Part shown: piece after piece, positions 31,050-42,510 of the stretch
Position numbering within the stretch: the first letter of the stretch is position 1
Layout of the letters: every line of letters begins with the position of its first letter
Assembly: GCA_000004985.1 (NCBI GenBank)
Contig: GG738891.1
From: Naegleria gruberi
Lineage: Eukaryota
Direction: 5' to 3' (one strand)
DNA length: 64,000 nucleotides
Program-made: the position numbers and the translations under genes
The notes under the pieces: model-generated
The model's input: only the letters and a program-made list of their open reading frames with translations
Told to the model about the DNA's origin: nothing
The model's database searches: none

Positions 31050-33570
31050 ATGACAACTGAATTGGCTGATGAAGTAGAAACCATCAGAAAGACCTTTCCA
31101 ATTCTATTACACGATGAGGAATTTTCAGATGGAGCCATGCACGTCTCTCTTCGTTATTCGGAACGTGGTAATATCGTAGAGGCTAATCTGTGTTGGGATT
31201 GTAACATGTCATTAGAGGATTTTGTAAATAATACTTGTTGTAATGAATATCATTTGCCAATTTATTTAAAAGATAGTATTACTCATCAATTGTATGAATT
31301 AGTTAGAGAGAGACAATTAGTGAGAAATGATCAAATTACTTGTGATTTTTTCCAATCAACTTTTAGACATCAAGATGATGATGATGAGGAATTGAAACAA
31401 CAAGAAGAACAACAGGCACATGTACAATTTGGACAAGCAATTGATGATTATCGGGATGATGATGATGATGAAGAAGGAGAAGGATGTGATGATGATGATG
31501 ATGATGATGATTATTATTACGATTCGGAAGATAATGAAGATGATGTGGAACAAGACAATGATGAAGAAAATAATGATGAAGATTATTCGGAGGAGGAAAT
31601 TACAGAAGAAGAGGCAACAACTGAATCTGATATTGGAACTTATACAACAACTGAATCGACAATAATAGAAACTGAACAGCATCCAATGAACTTTTCACAA
31701 TTTTACAAGGTTTTTCATTCAAGTGCTACTAGTCAAATTACCTTGACCAAAGTAGCAAATGATTTAAAGTGTGTATATCAGGATAAATATCAAGAAAGAG
31801 ATAGAGGCATTAATCAAATTCAAAAAGAGTATGTTTTATTGAATTTTGAACTCTGAGTCATTTATCACAATTTTATCTAAATTTCACAATAATTATTATA
31901 GACATAGAGATGGAGTTGAACAAAATAATGAAAGAATTGATCAGGTTCAACAAATGGTTCTTGATCACATGAAAGAATTGGAAGAATTTGAGGAAAGATG
32001 GAATTTAGAATTGAGTGAATTGAGAACGAATATCAAACAAACTTTTTGGAATTTTGTGCATGATTTTGAAAAGGATGAAGATAAATCCAAACCAAAAAAC
32101 AAGCAATCCAACACTGTTAGGAGTAAGGAAGAACTCCTACTACCAGGATTCAGATTGATGGAACCAAGAGGCAAACAATTTGAACTTTTATTGAGAAATG
32201 AATTACAAGAAAAGTCAAATACTCAGATTGTTTCAAAATTCGCCTACTTGAAAAGTATTTTAAAGAGAATTAAAAAGAAATCTAATTCTCCAAAGGTTAC
32301 TGTCAATGATCCTTGGACCGTTGTTGAGGATTATGATGCCATTGAACATGTTCAATCAAGTTCGAGTACTCATTCTAACAATCCAGCATCTAGTCAAGAG
32401 CTTGCTAAATCTGCCCTCAACTCTATCAAAATATTCATGAAGAGTCTTTTCAGGGATAACAGATTACTGACAGATATTCCACGATTGATTCAAAATGAAA
32501 GATTCCACGTCTTGTCCTTCTACAAGAAGATTGAACGAATGTATCTCGAGTCAGATGAAATTTTCAGTCCATATGATGATTCATTTGTTTTCATTGAGGA
32601 TGAGAGTGAGAAGGAGGATCCAAACAAGAGATTGTGTGGAAGAATATTTGTAATTTACACTGCTGATATGAGCGATTGTATTTCTAAAAACTACAAGAAG
32701 GATGAAGAGGAAAGAGACTATGAGGAGGAGTATCTTTTATTCAAAACTAGACACTTGTACAATTTGTATCAATCTAGATTGAGTGCACTTGTGGTGAGTA
32801 GTTGCATTCATGATGATCCACAGGATGAGAATGATTCTACCATGAATCAACAAGTTCTCTCTTGGACTATGAGGGACATGGAGAGAATTTCATTTGAGGC
32901 CAATCATGGACAAGGCCCAGATTTTCATTTCCCATCCCTCAATGATCAAGTTTCCCAAATGAAAAGAGACATTAGAAGAAGGTTGAAGAGACAGGAGGCC
33001 ATTGATTTGGGCGAATATTATTTGACCAAACATTCAAATCTGAGTTATGCCAATTGCCTATTCCATATGGTTGCACAATTGGATTCCAAAAAGGAGCATA
33101 ATCTCGACGATTACAACAAGATTCTTCAAGCATACTCAAATATTATAGATGAATGTAGAAATATGGGTATTAGAAATTTATCTATTCAATTACCACTCTC
33201 ACTATCTTACAAACATCCTAAAATTGATGGAAATTTACCAAATGGAGATACTATTATATTGCAAATTAGGGATATTATGAAGATTTATTTAAAGAAACAG
33301 AAAGAATATGGATCATGGTTCCTCCCTAATCTATTCTTCTATTGTCCAAAGAATCCAAAACATTCATCAGGAGATTTCCAATGTCAGTGTCACTATTCCA
33401 TTCTCAAAACATCAGATGATATTTTACATGTTTCAGGTAGTGAAAATTCAGACAATCGCTATGAAGAAAGTCACAATGAGAATGATAATCTTCACAAGTA
33501 CATTGTTGAACCATTCTTCAAATCTTATTTGAATTCCAATATTCAATTACCACCTTCATGGATGCAATAA
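31050..33570 (+). CDS. hypothetical protein with long acidic (poly-Asp/Glu) region (2 exons, ~815 aa)
   Basis: Exon 1 is 31050..31828. The intron is 31829..31901 (73 nt, GTATGT..TAG, phase 2). Exon 2 is 31902..33570. The junction reads ..INQIQKE-HRDGVEQNNERID. I recognise no domain with confidence. Confidence 0.55.
31488..31511 (+). repeat. (GAT)8 trinucleotide repeat inside coding sequence (poly-Asp); a second (GAT)5 lies at 31455..31469
   Basis: This was read directly from the sequence. Confidence 0.95.
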
Positions 33571-33663
33571 AACTTGAACAACGTTTGTTCTTAAAATATC
33601 TCATTAACTTTTTCATGTTAAATTGAAAAGTGTGTAAATGTACATTGTGAGTTAATATTTATT

Positions 33664-34728
33664 TTACAAATCATCATTAAATCTATCCAATCCAGCATCT
33701 TGATTTGAATGCATTGATGTAAACATGGATCTAATTGACTTTTTAGGTTTTGCTTGTTTAGAATTAGGATATCTCCATTCAGGATTCGGTTGATAAGTTT
33801 CAAAAGTTCTCAATACTTTTACCAAATGTTGAAAACACTCCTCAACATTCTTTCTAGTTTTTGCCGAAACATAATAAATCGGACATGATAATTTCAATTC
33901 ATTCTTGACAATCATTGAAATTGTCTTTTCTGGAATATGACTCATCAAATCACACTTATTTCCAACAATTACACATGGAAAATCCAAATTATCTAGAGTA
34001 GGACATGGCCTATATTTATCATTCTTTATCGATCTAATTTGCTCAATAAATGGTTGAAGTCTACGAAGTGATTCATCTGCTCGAGAAACATCAAAAACTA
34101 GAATAAATCCATAACATGATTGCATGTAGGATTGTCTTAGTGCCTAGTTTCGAATAGTTTCAATTGAAATAGATATGATTATAATCAGTCCATGAAATAT
34201 TATAATAATTGAGTAATACTATTTCAATATATATAGTTACCTTATAATCATCTGCATTACAATAAATTGTAAATAATTAGGATCATTATTATATTCGAAA
34301 GTATACTTACCTTGTCCGGCAGTATCAATAATTTCCATTTCCAAACTCAAATCATCATATTGTCTCTTTACATAAAAACTCGTTTCAATAGTTGGATCAT
34401 ACAACTATTAAATATTTAAATATTATTACAAAAATATTACAAAATATTGTAATTGGTAATATTGTTATATTCGAAAGTGATTATTTGAAAAGAAACCTAC
34501 ATCCTCTCCTTCAAATTTATTTTGTGTATACTGGATAGTCTTTTTTTCCGAAATACGTTTATTTCCACAACTTTCGAATAATTTATTGAACCTACCACCG
34601 ATGTTTTTCCAACTCCACCATCTCCAACCTAATTGTTATTATTATTCAGAATATATTTGATGATGAAAAATTAAAACACGTACGATGGCGACTTGGTAAA
34701 AATTTACATTGTCTTTGGTTTTTGGCAT
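33664..34728 (-). CDS. Ras-family small GTPase without CAAX box (6 exons including an 11-nt micro-exon)
   Basis: Exons are 34684..34728, 34596..34628, 34501..34539, 34311..34404, 34241..34251 and 33664..34143. Introns are 55, 56, 96, 59 and 97 nt. The joined protein starts MPKTKDNVNFYQVAIVGDGGVGKTSVTIQYTQNKFEGEDLYDPTIETSFYVKRQYDDLSLEMEIIDTAGQDDYKALRQSYMQSCYGFILVFDV...VIVGNKCDL...YYVSAKT. The G1, G3, G4 and G5 boxes are all present only after joining. Confidence 0.75.
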
Positions 34729-35918
34729 TTTTTTTATAGTTTGGCAGATGACATGTTAAAAAGGAACGCGATTATGGCAACCAAAATAATCAGAATGGGA
34801 AGGTTCATCATATTGTAGTTAATTTTTCGTGATATTATATTGTACTTGTTTACAATAATACTATTTAATGTTATTGTAAACTATTGAATTGTGCGCGGGA
34901 GATGACCTTTCAATGGAAAGAATCTTATTTTGATTGATTAGAACTTCAATAGTTTTGTAGATCGTACACGTGTCTTGAAGTGAGGAGGTAGGTGTAGAAA
35001 CATTCAAATTGATTAGAAAGATATTCAGCTCAAAAAAAGACTTTGAGTTTCTGAATTGGCTATTTTTGAAAATTAATGAAAAACTGGTCATGTAGCTAAG
35101 GAGGAAAGCTTTAATCTTCAATGGAGCCCTGTTCATCAAGTAATCAAGTCATTTACATACAATGAAACTTCACTTTCTGATAGAAATTCGAAACTAGCTC
35201 AGTGATTGACTCTAGTTGTGTAGTCGTTATATCTCCATCAGTTCCATCAGTTATGGAACTTTTCAAAGCTGTCATTAATAGTACATCTCTTGCAACATGA
35301 ATTACAATGGTTCACTAAAAAGTTGAAATCATTTTACAATGACTATCTTTTGGCTTTTTTCTTTGAACAGTTCAACAATTTACAAACTTTTTCACAACTA
35401 CCAACACAGGTTGCCACATCAATTGATTCGGAATTCCAATTATTATTAATTTCACTACTTTCCAACTAACATTTCGCAATAGCAATAGGGCTAATTACCT
35501 GCGAGCTGTATTAACAAACACATCGTAGAATCGTACTTGATAGAGATTGTCCTCACCACATCGACTCTCACTTGACCACCAGATGAATTTGAATGATGAA
35601 ATGAGCATTGCTGCCTTGCACTTAATATCCATTATCGATAGTTGAAAGTAGTTGAAACGCTGTTGCTTATTCTTCGCGCACTTGGAGCACTTGCGGTATA
35701 GCATCTAAGTGCGCCACTGCTTTCTGCTCAAGAGAGAATCTCCTAGTGCTGCAGCAAGGACGATGTTCGGCAATTTTTTTCCAAACTTAAGTGCGCCAAA
35801 GTCTTTCTCGAAAATAGATTCAAACAGAAAAAAAAAACAACGCCACATTTGTGTTGATATTATCTCATCTATATAATTGCTACTAGTTATTAGATAACAC
35901 CAAGAATAGAGAGAGAAA

Positions 35919-38059
35919 ATGGCTAGTGAAGTGAATATGTTGAGTGGCACATCGGTCGATTTGAATGATGAAAAGCCTTCGGATCACAAAGTACACGTAG
36001 AACCAGCACCACCACAGGCACAATCCCGAAATCCTTTCAAAAGACTTAAACAACGAAAAGAGAAGGCTAATTTGAAACATAATAGTGAAGAAATACCAGA
36101 TCCTAGGGACCCTAAAATTGGTTTTAAAGACCAAATGGTTCTATTCAAAATGTTTGGAGCAGCAAATTGGTTTTTAATCTTTTTGGGTAGTATTGGTGCT
36201 ATGGGGTAAGTAGTTTATAATGATATGATGATTCTAATGTATTTAGTGCTGGTGTTATTCCATTGACTTTCCAATTTGTTTTGGGAGATTTATTGAATTC
36301 TTTGGCTACTGCTTTTGCAGATCCTAATGCTTTGAGAGATAGTGTTAATACAATTGCTGCTAAATTTGCAGGTATTGCATTGGGTGCTTTGATTGCGAAT
36401 TTCATGATGCAATTCTTTTTGAACTGGGCTTCCGAACGTATTGCTGTTGCTTTAAGAGAAGGATATTTCAATGCTCTTACAGCTCAAGAAATGGCCTTTT
36501 TTGATATTAAGAAAGTTGGTACTCTTACTGTAGCACTCAGTGAGGATGTTGCCAAAATTCAAGATACTTATACTTTAAAGTTTGCCACATTTTTACAACA
36601 AATGACACAATCCGTAGTTGGTATTGTTCTTGCCTTTGTCAGTAGTTGGCAAATGAGTTTAGTCATGATTTCAACTTCACCATTGATGGTTGTGTTTGTT
36701 GGTGGTTTGTCACAAATGATTAAGTGGTTGACCAAAAAAACAAACGATGCCAATGAACACTCTGCTGCCATTGCTACAGAAATTATTTCTTCAATGAGAA
36801 CTGTTAGAAGTATGGCTGGTGAAATTAAAGAACAAAATAGATTTAAGGAAGATTTGAAGAAGGTTGGATTATTCGGTTTTTGGAAAGCAATGTTCCAAGG
36901 TTTAACATTTGGTTCAATTACCTTCATTCTTTGGGGTACTGTTGCTTTGGCATTTTGGGTAAGTAGTAGTATGCATTTATTTAATGATAACTGTTTATTA
37001 TTAGTATGGTGGTGGTTTGACTGTTGATAAAACTATCACTCTTGGTGATATGTTTAAGGTATTCGGTCTTATGCTTATGGGTGTTCTCGGTCTCTCCCAA
37101 GCAGGTACCTTCTTCCCAGATTTGAGTAAGGCAAGAATGAGTCAAGTTACTCTTTTGAAAGTTATTAGAAGAAGTCCAGAAATTCCATTCAAGGGTGGAA
37201 AGACTTTGGAAAATATTTCTGGTAATATTTCTATTAGAAATGTCGATTTTATCTATCCTTCTCGTCCAAATATTACTGTTTTGAAGAACTTCTCCCTTGA
37301 AATTACACCAGGTCAATCCGTAGCTCTTGTTGGTCCTTCAGGTTCTGGTAAATCAACCATTGTTGGTCTTGTTGAAAGATTTTACAATGCAAACTCTGGT
37401 CAAATCTACATTGATGGTGTTGATATTACTGAACTCGATCCAATGTGGCTTCACAGAAAGATTGGTATTGTTACTCAAGAACCAGTGCGTAAGTATCTTT
37501 TGTTTTTATGCAATTAACAATTTGGAAAATAGTTTTTGCTTGTAGTATTAGAGATAACATTGCCTATGCTGTTGGTGCCGAAAATGTTACACAAGAACAA
37601 ATTGAAGATGCTGCTAAAGCTGCCAACTGTCACAATTTCATTGTTGATCTCCCAGAAGGTTATAACACAATGTTAGGTGAAAAGGGTGTTTCATTATCAG
37701 GTGGTCAAAAGCAAAGAATTGCTATTGCTCGTGCCTTGTTGCAAAATCCATCTGTTCTTTTATTGGATGAAGCTACATCTGCATTGGATACTGAATCAGA
37801 AGCTCTCGTTCAAGCTGCTTTGGACCATTTAATGAAAGGACGTACTTCAATTTGTATTGCCCACAGACTTTCAACAGTTAAGAACTCTGACACCATTTGT
37901 GTTTTGGCTAAGGGTGTTTTGGTTGAAAAGGGTAAACATGAAGAATTGTTACAAATTGAAAATGGTGTTTACAAAAAGTTAGCTGAAAAGCAAATGATGT
38001 TTGGTAAATCAGAGAGTAAGATTGATTTGGAAGCAGTTATGGATATTATTGAAGAGTAA
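35919..38059 (+). CDS. ABC transporter, B-family half-transporter (TMD-NBD, 4 exons)
   Basis: Exons are 35919..36205, 36247..36958, 37005..37488 and 37533..38059. Introns are 41, 46 and 44 nt, all with GTAAGT donors. The junctions read [25 protein letters not shown] and [17 protein letters not shown]. Walker A is GPSGSGKST, the signature is [14 protein letters not shown] and Walker B is [12 protein letters not shown]. Confidence 0.85.
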
Positions 38060-38279
38060 ACAATTTTGATAGAGAACGATTGTAAATAAATATTACGAGT
38101 TATTTAATTCTTTTACAAACTCTGAAAATATTCCCATATTGAATGAACATGCAAATTGTGATTCATTTTATTCCACTGCCGTATTATAATATTGAAGACT
38201 ATTGTAAAAATAGCATTTACAATATACTACGTATTTCAAATACGCATTTGCTGGATTATGAAAATATTATTAAAAAAAA

Positions 38280-39458
38280 ATGTCATCACTCAATCATGAA
38301 CAACGATTTTCCCGAATTGAAAAATTATTCAAAAACTTAGCCTCTACCCACAATCCTTCCGGAGAAGAATCCAATCTCATGCTCGAGATTAAATCCTTTC
38401 TACTCGATCACCAATTGATTGACAATTCAAATAGTTGTCATGATAATTTCCTCCTCTTTGATACTCAAATTGGAATGATATTCAAATGTAGTACTTTCAA
38501 TGATGAGAATCAAAATTTCATTTCGGATGAAAATTCACCATCGATTTGTTTATTTGCTCATCTTGATAGTGATCACATTGAATTGGAACAAGAAAAATTG
38601 AAACAATTAATTTGGAGAAGAGATGAAAATCTTCTTTACTATTCAAATAATGAAGAAATTGTTGAGGTTGGACTTGATGATAAGAGTGGAATTTGTGTCA
38701 TTTTGGAAACCTTGTTGAGATTGAAAGAAATGAAGGGTATTAGAGTGAATGTTTATGTTTGTTTTTCAGTACAGGAAGAAACTGGACAGAAAGGAGTTAT
38801 GAGAATGGATCATTTGATGTTTAAATCAATGGTTGAGGATGGAGGAGTGGGTTGTGGAATTGCTGTTGATAGAATGACATATTATCATCCAGAAAATAAG
38901 AGACATTTAGTGGACGAATATTGCCGAATTCCATTGATACCCAACGATCAAAAAGACTCTTTCATGAATCAATTTAATAAGAGCAGTCAATTGGTGGAGG
39001 GATGCGACATTGATTTCATCCCAAGTGAAAATTGCAGTGATCTATTGGAATATAAAATCAAATTGGATTGTGAAATTATTGCACCAGAAATGTTAGAATC
39101 CTTAAACGCTCACGATGTTAAATTATTCGAAAAACTTTCAACTCTCTTAGAGAAATATGAAAATATCACGAGTGAAATTAAGAAAATTATGAATAACATT
39201 TCAGCAACGAGTAGAGTGAGTGGATTTAAAAGTCATCCAAGATTTACCAGATATCAACTGGCACATCAAATTAATTCATTGATTTACTCTGACAAGGTAT
39301 TGAAATTTTACAATGAAACATCATTGAAAAAGTATTTAAATGTTTCTTTTGTAAATTTGAGTTTGGATTATGATGACAGTTGTGGATTTGTTTCTTTGAA
39401 AGAATTGGATAATACAGCTGAAATTTTATTTGATTTTATTAGAAATTATCACCTTTAA
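38280..39458 (+). CDS. putative zinc metallopeptidase (M20/M28/M42 superfamily-like)
   Basis: The 392-aa ORF starts at an ATG after an A-run. Its motifs resemble metal ligands of this clan (FAHLDSDH; VGLDDKSGICVILE; FSVQEETGQKG). The family assignment is tentative. Confidence 0.5.
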   Translation: MSSLNHEQRFSRIEKLFKNLASTHNPSGEESNLMLEIKSFLLDHQLIDNSNSCHDNFLLFDTQIGMIFKCSTFNDENQNFISDENSPSICLFAHLDSDHIELEQEKLKQLIWRRDENLLYYSNNEEIVEVGLDDKSGICVILETLLRLKEMKGIRVNVYVCFSVQEETGQKGVMRMDHLMFKSMVEDGGVGCGIAVDRMTYYHPENKRHLVDEYCRIPLIPNDQKDSFMNQFNKSSQLVEGCDIDFIPSENCSDLLEYKIKLDCEIIAPEMLESLNAHDVKLFEKLSTLLEKYENITSEIKKIMNNISATSRVSGFKSHPRFTRYQLAHQINSLIYSDKVLKFYNETSLKKYLNVSFVNLSLDYDDSCGFVSLKELDNTAEILFDFIRNYHL

Positions 39459-39662
39459 AATTATTAATAAATTGATAGAATGCAAAACAATCCATTTATC
39501 ATTGTAATTTGAATACTAGTGCCATCTTCCTTGTGTTCATCAGGTATCCTTGATACATGATCTAAGACAATATTCTGAATTCTCAAATTGATAACTTACT
39601 GATCAGCCATCTTCATGATAAAATCTTTATTGATGGTTTTGAAACAACTTATTTTAAATAGC

Positions 39663-41558
39663 TCACTTGTATGAAATTTCTTTCATATCAAAGCTAGTAT
39701 TGATAAAGTCAATGATGTTCTTCTGAGTGTTTGTAATCAAGTGAGATTTACCTTGCATTGTGGTAATTCTAGATCTAAAGTCTCGTTCATCGAGTGATAA
39801 GTTCAGAATGGCATCTAAATTTAACAATAAATCAGAAGTATAGTCTTCCAAACGAGATAGATGGTCATTAAATAAATAACCATAGGTCTCTAACATTAAA
39901 AATTCCTTCTCTGACTTTTTGGTTGTGTTAAATTTGATTTTGAGTGTGTCAAATCCGAAATGAATGTAAGCAAATGCATAACATGAACGTAAGAGTCTTC
40001 TACATCTGTAGATATTTCTGAAAGAGTCGAGAAGGAATTTGAGATCCTTGGTTGGTCTAATATGGAAAAACTTTTCCTTATAATTTGCAATTTCGAGTCG
40101 ATAGTGACCTGTTCGTTTATGTTCCTCCAACCATTGATTGTGTCTTCTGTATAATGAGACGAATCTTCCATAAAGTTCTTCTGCTGCAGAGAATAATTTA
40201 ATATCTTCAGATGTTTTCACTGTCTTTGGAGCACAAACTGTTTCAGCATGAACGTAGGATGTATACTCTGAACCACACTATCGATGAAGAATCAAAACTA
40301 AACTCTCTTTGATGATGATACTTACAATATAACAAAATTCATGTCCACAAACACAATTAATGTGATTACATCCAACATCCTTAAATATAATTCTTTTACA
40401 CTTGTTACATTGTTGACTTGTTCTGTGAATAAACTCTTTCGATGCAAAATCATCCTGAGCAATAGTCAAGAATCTCTTATACACATCACATGAGCATGGG
40501 AAGTGAGGATCCTTATCACATTGGAAGCAACACTCTTCACCACACTTGCATTGAGCAATGTACAAACTTTCATCACATAGTTTCTTGATTGCATAGGGAC
40601 CATCACAGCCTGGATTAGGACACCACTTTAGTCTGTAACTTGAACCCACATATGAATCAATCTTTCTCTGGAAAAACTTTTCAAATAATTCCTTATCTTC
40701 CTTTGGATCCAATTGTGACAACATAAATGTCTCAGTAAGTGTAGTCTTACATGAATAGTCCATACACTTTACAGTATTATCATTCATTGCTGTTTTGACA
40801 TGATTGACAATATATTCCTTCCAACAAGTTCTACAGAAAACATGTCCACACATATCATATGCGTACAATGGAACATCATCTGAATAACAAGCATCACATG
40901 TGCCAATTGTTGAAGATGAACATGATTTTTTGAAATCTGGATTGAGTCCACACTTGGTTAATAAAGCATCCAATCCCAAATCACCATAATCTCTAATTAA
41001 TTTCTCTGTATTCCACTGATATTCCTTCAACATACATTCCACAAATACTTTACTCTTCAATTGAAGAGTTTCAGCTGCTGTCTTTACTTCTGCCTCTTGA
41101 TCTTGCAATAATTCCTTTGTATCAAGTACCTTGTACAATTCTCCTTTTGTTTTAAATTCCCTCGTCTTGACAACTTCTACAAAGGCAGATTCGTCCACTT
41201 GTTCACCAATATCATCATCAAAGTAATGTTCTTCTCCTACTATATCATCTTCATTGTATTCAATTTCCTCCTCCTCTTCATAATTTTCCTCTTCATGATC
41301 ATGATGATCACAACCACATTCCGGCGTCTCGTGCTCTTCTTCCTTCTCTTCATCATCAATTGAAGCTTCCAATAAATCACCATTCTCCTCACACATCTGA
41401 ATGACAGTCTCTATGGCAAGAGCCTCATCTAAATTACAATCCAAAACCACTTGATGGAGTGTTTGGAGGCTAATACTGGGAAAGAGTTCGTTCAATGAGA
41501 GAACGATTGCTTTTATTTTTTCCTTTCGTTTGTCCTTCTCGGATTGTTGTTGACTCAT
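39663..41558 (-). CDS. RBR (RING-IBR-RING) E3 ubiquitin ligase, Ariadne-like (2 exons)
   Basis: Exon 1 is 40326..41558. The intron is 40278..40325 (48 nt, GTAAGT..TAG, phase 0). Exon 2 is 39663..40277. RING1 is CDACYSDDVPLYAYDMCGHVFCRTCWKEY. The IBR is WCPNPGCDGPYAI...CKCGEECCFQCDKDPHFPCSC. RING2 is CNKCKRIIFKDVGCNHINCVCGHEFCYI-CGSEY and spans the splice site. A helical Ariadne-type C-terminus follows. Confidence 0.8.
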
Positions 41559-41750
41559 TTTTTTATTTTGTTGATTTCTACGCTGTTTGTTTTCGAAATT
41601 GAAGTTGAGATGCTGAAAGTTCTTTGATAATGAAAAACAAACAAGAGTACTAAGTTACAAAAAAGGAAAACTTAAAAGGAAAGGGGACCAGTGGGAATCG
41701 AACCCACGGCCTCTCGCACCCAAAGCGAGAATCATACCACTAATTTTTAT

Positions 41751-41825
41751 GAAAGGGATTTGTGAAGAAGGGATCTGTGAGGAAGGGATCCGTTACAAAA
41801 GGGATTCATTGAGAATGTGTTAGTT
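41751..41825 (+). repeat. GGGAT-core ~16-bp tandem array 1 (4 intact + 1 degenerate unit)
   Basis: GGGAT cores lie at 41755, 41770, 41785 and 41801, followed by a GTGTTAGTT variant. The array is preceded by ATTTTTA. Confidence 0.85.
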
Positions 41826-42241
41826 ACTTTCGAATATTTAATTGAAATTTGATCTATATTAAAAAAAATTGCGGAAGGGGTAGTCTCTTTTTTGAAATTA
41901 ATAAAAATATACAATTTTGAAAATTAAAAATCAAGTTTTTTTATTGTTATTTGATGTTTGATTATTTTCTGTAAATTGATTAATTTCACATTTTCTATTA
42001 TGACAATAATGTGAATAATTAACACTTTTTGATGGTTTGTAATTTTGATTCATTTTCTTTTTTAAAATTTAATCTCATTCTAATTTTTAAAAATGTAATT
42101 GTTCATATTATTAAAATGTTATTTTTCTATTTACAATAAATTATTCTATCTCTCTTGAATATTTTTAATAATTGTAAATTTTCTAAAAAAAGGAAATAGA
42201 TAATATTCAATTAAATCCCTTCTAATTTTAAATTTTTTTTT

Positions 42242-42335
42242 GAGAAAGGGATTTGTGAGGAAGGGATTCATTGCAAAAGGGATCCGTTCTGAAAGGGATT
42301 CATTGAAAAATGGATTCATTATGGATGTGATAGTT
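42242..42335 (+). repeat. GGGAT-core ~16-bp tandem array 2 (4 intact + 2 degenerate units)
   Basis: GGGAT cores lie at 42248, 42263, 42279 and 42295. TGGAT variants lie at 42311 and 42322. The array is preceded by T9. Confidence 0.85.
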
Positions 42336-42403
42336 TCAAATTTTAATTAATAATATAAAATTAACACAATATTTATTCTATTTATATACATTTCTTTTTT
42401 TGG

Positions 42404-42510
42404 TAATGGATTTCATTGCAAAAGGGATCCGTTAAAGAAGGGATTCATTACAGAAGGGATCTGTTACAAAAGGGATTCATTGTAAACGTGTTTCATTGAG
42501 AAAGTGTTTC
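42404..42510 (+). repeat. GGGAT-core ~16-bp tandem array 3 (4 intact + 3 degenerate units), abutting the right TSD
   Basis: A TGGAT variant lies at 42407. GGGAT cores lie at 42424, 42440, 42456 and 42472, followed by CGTGTTTCATT and AAGTGTTTC variants. The array is preceded by T7. Confidence 0.85.

Larger units (their letters stand above)
41743..42510. mobile_element. 768-bp non-coding insertion with 8-bp target-site duplication TACCACTA (41735..41742 and 42511..42518)
   Basis: A perfect 8-bp direct duplication of tRNA D-loop sequence flanks the insert. The interior is AT-rich with no long ORF and no terminal inverted repeats that I can find. It contains three GGGAT-core repeat arrays. Confidence 0.7.

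Noticed and set aside
35184-35215. The sequence TAGCTCAGTGATTG looks like a tRNA A-box, and there is a small AACTAG/CTAGTT hairpin upstream of the ABC transporter gene.
   Set aside because: There is no T-arm (GTTCGA-type) and no acceptor-stem pairing nearby. It is not a tRNA.
41751-42510. I considered whether the GGGAT repeat arrays are a CRISPR-like array.
   Set aside because: The period is only ~16 bp and there are no unique spacers between repeats. The repeats degenerate gradually. The context is eukaryotic, with spliceosomal introns all around.
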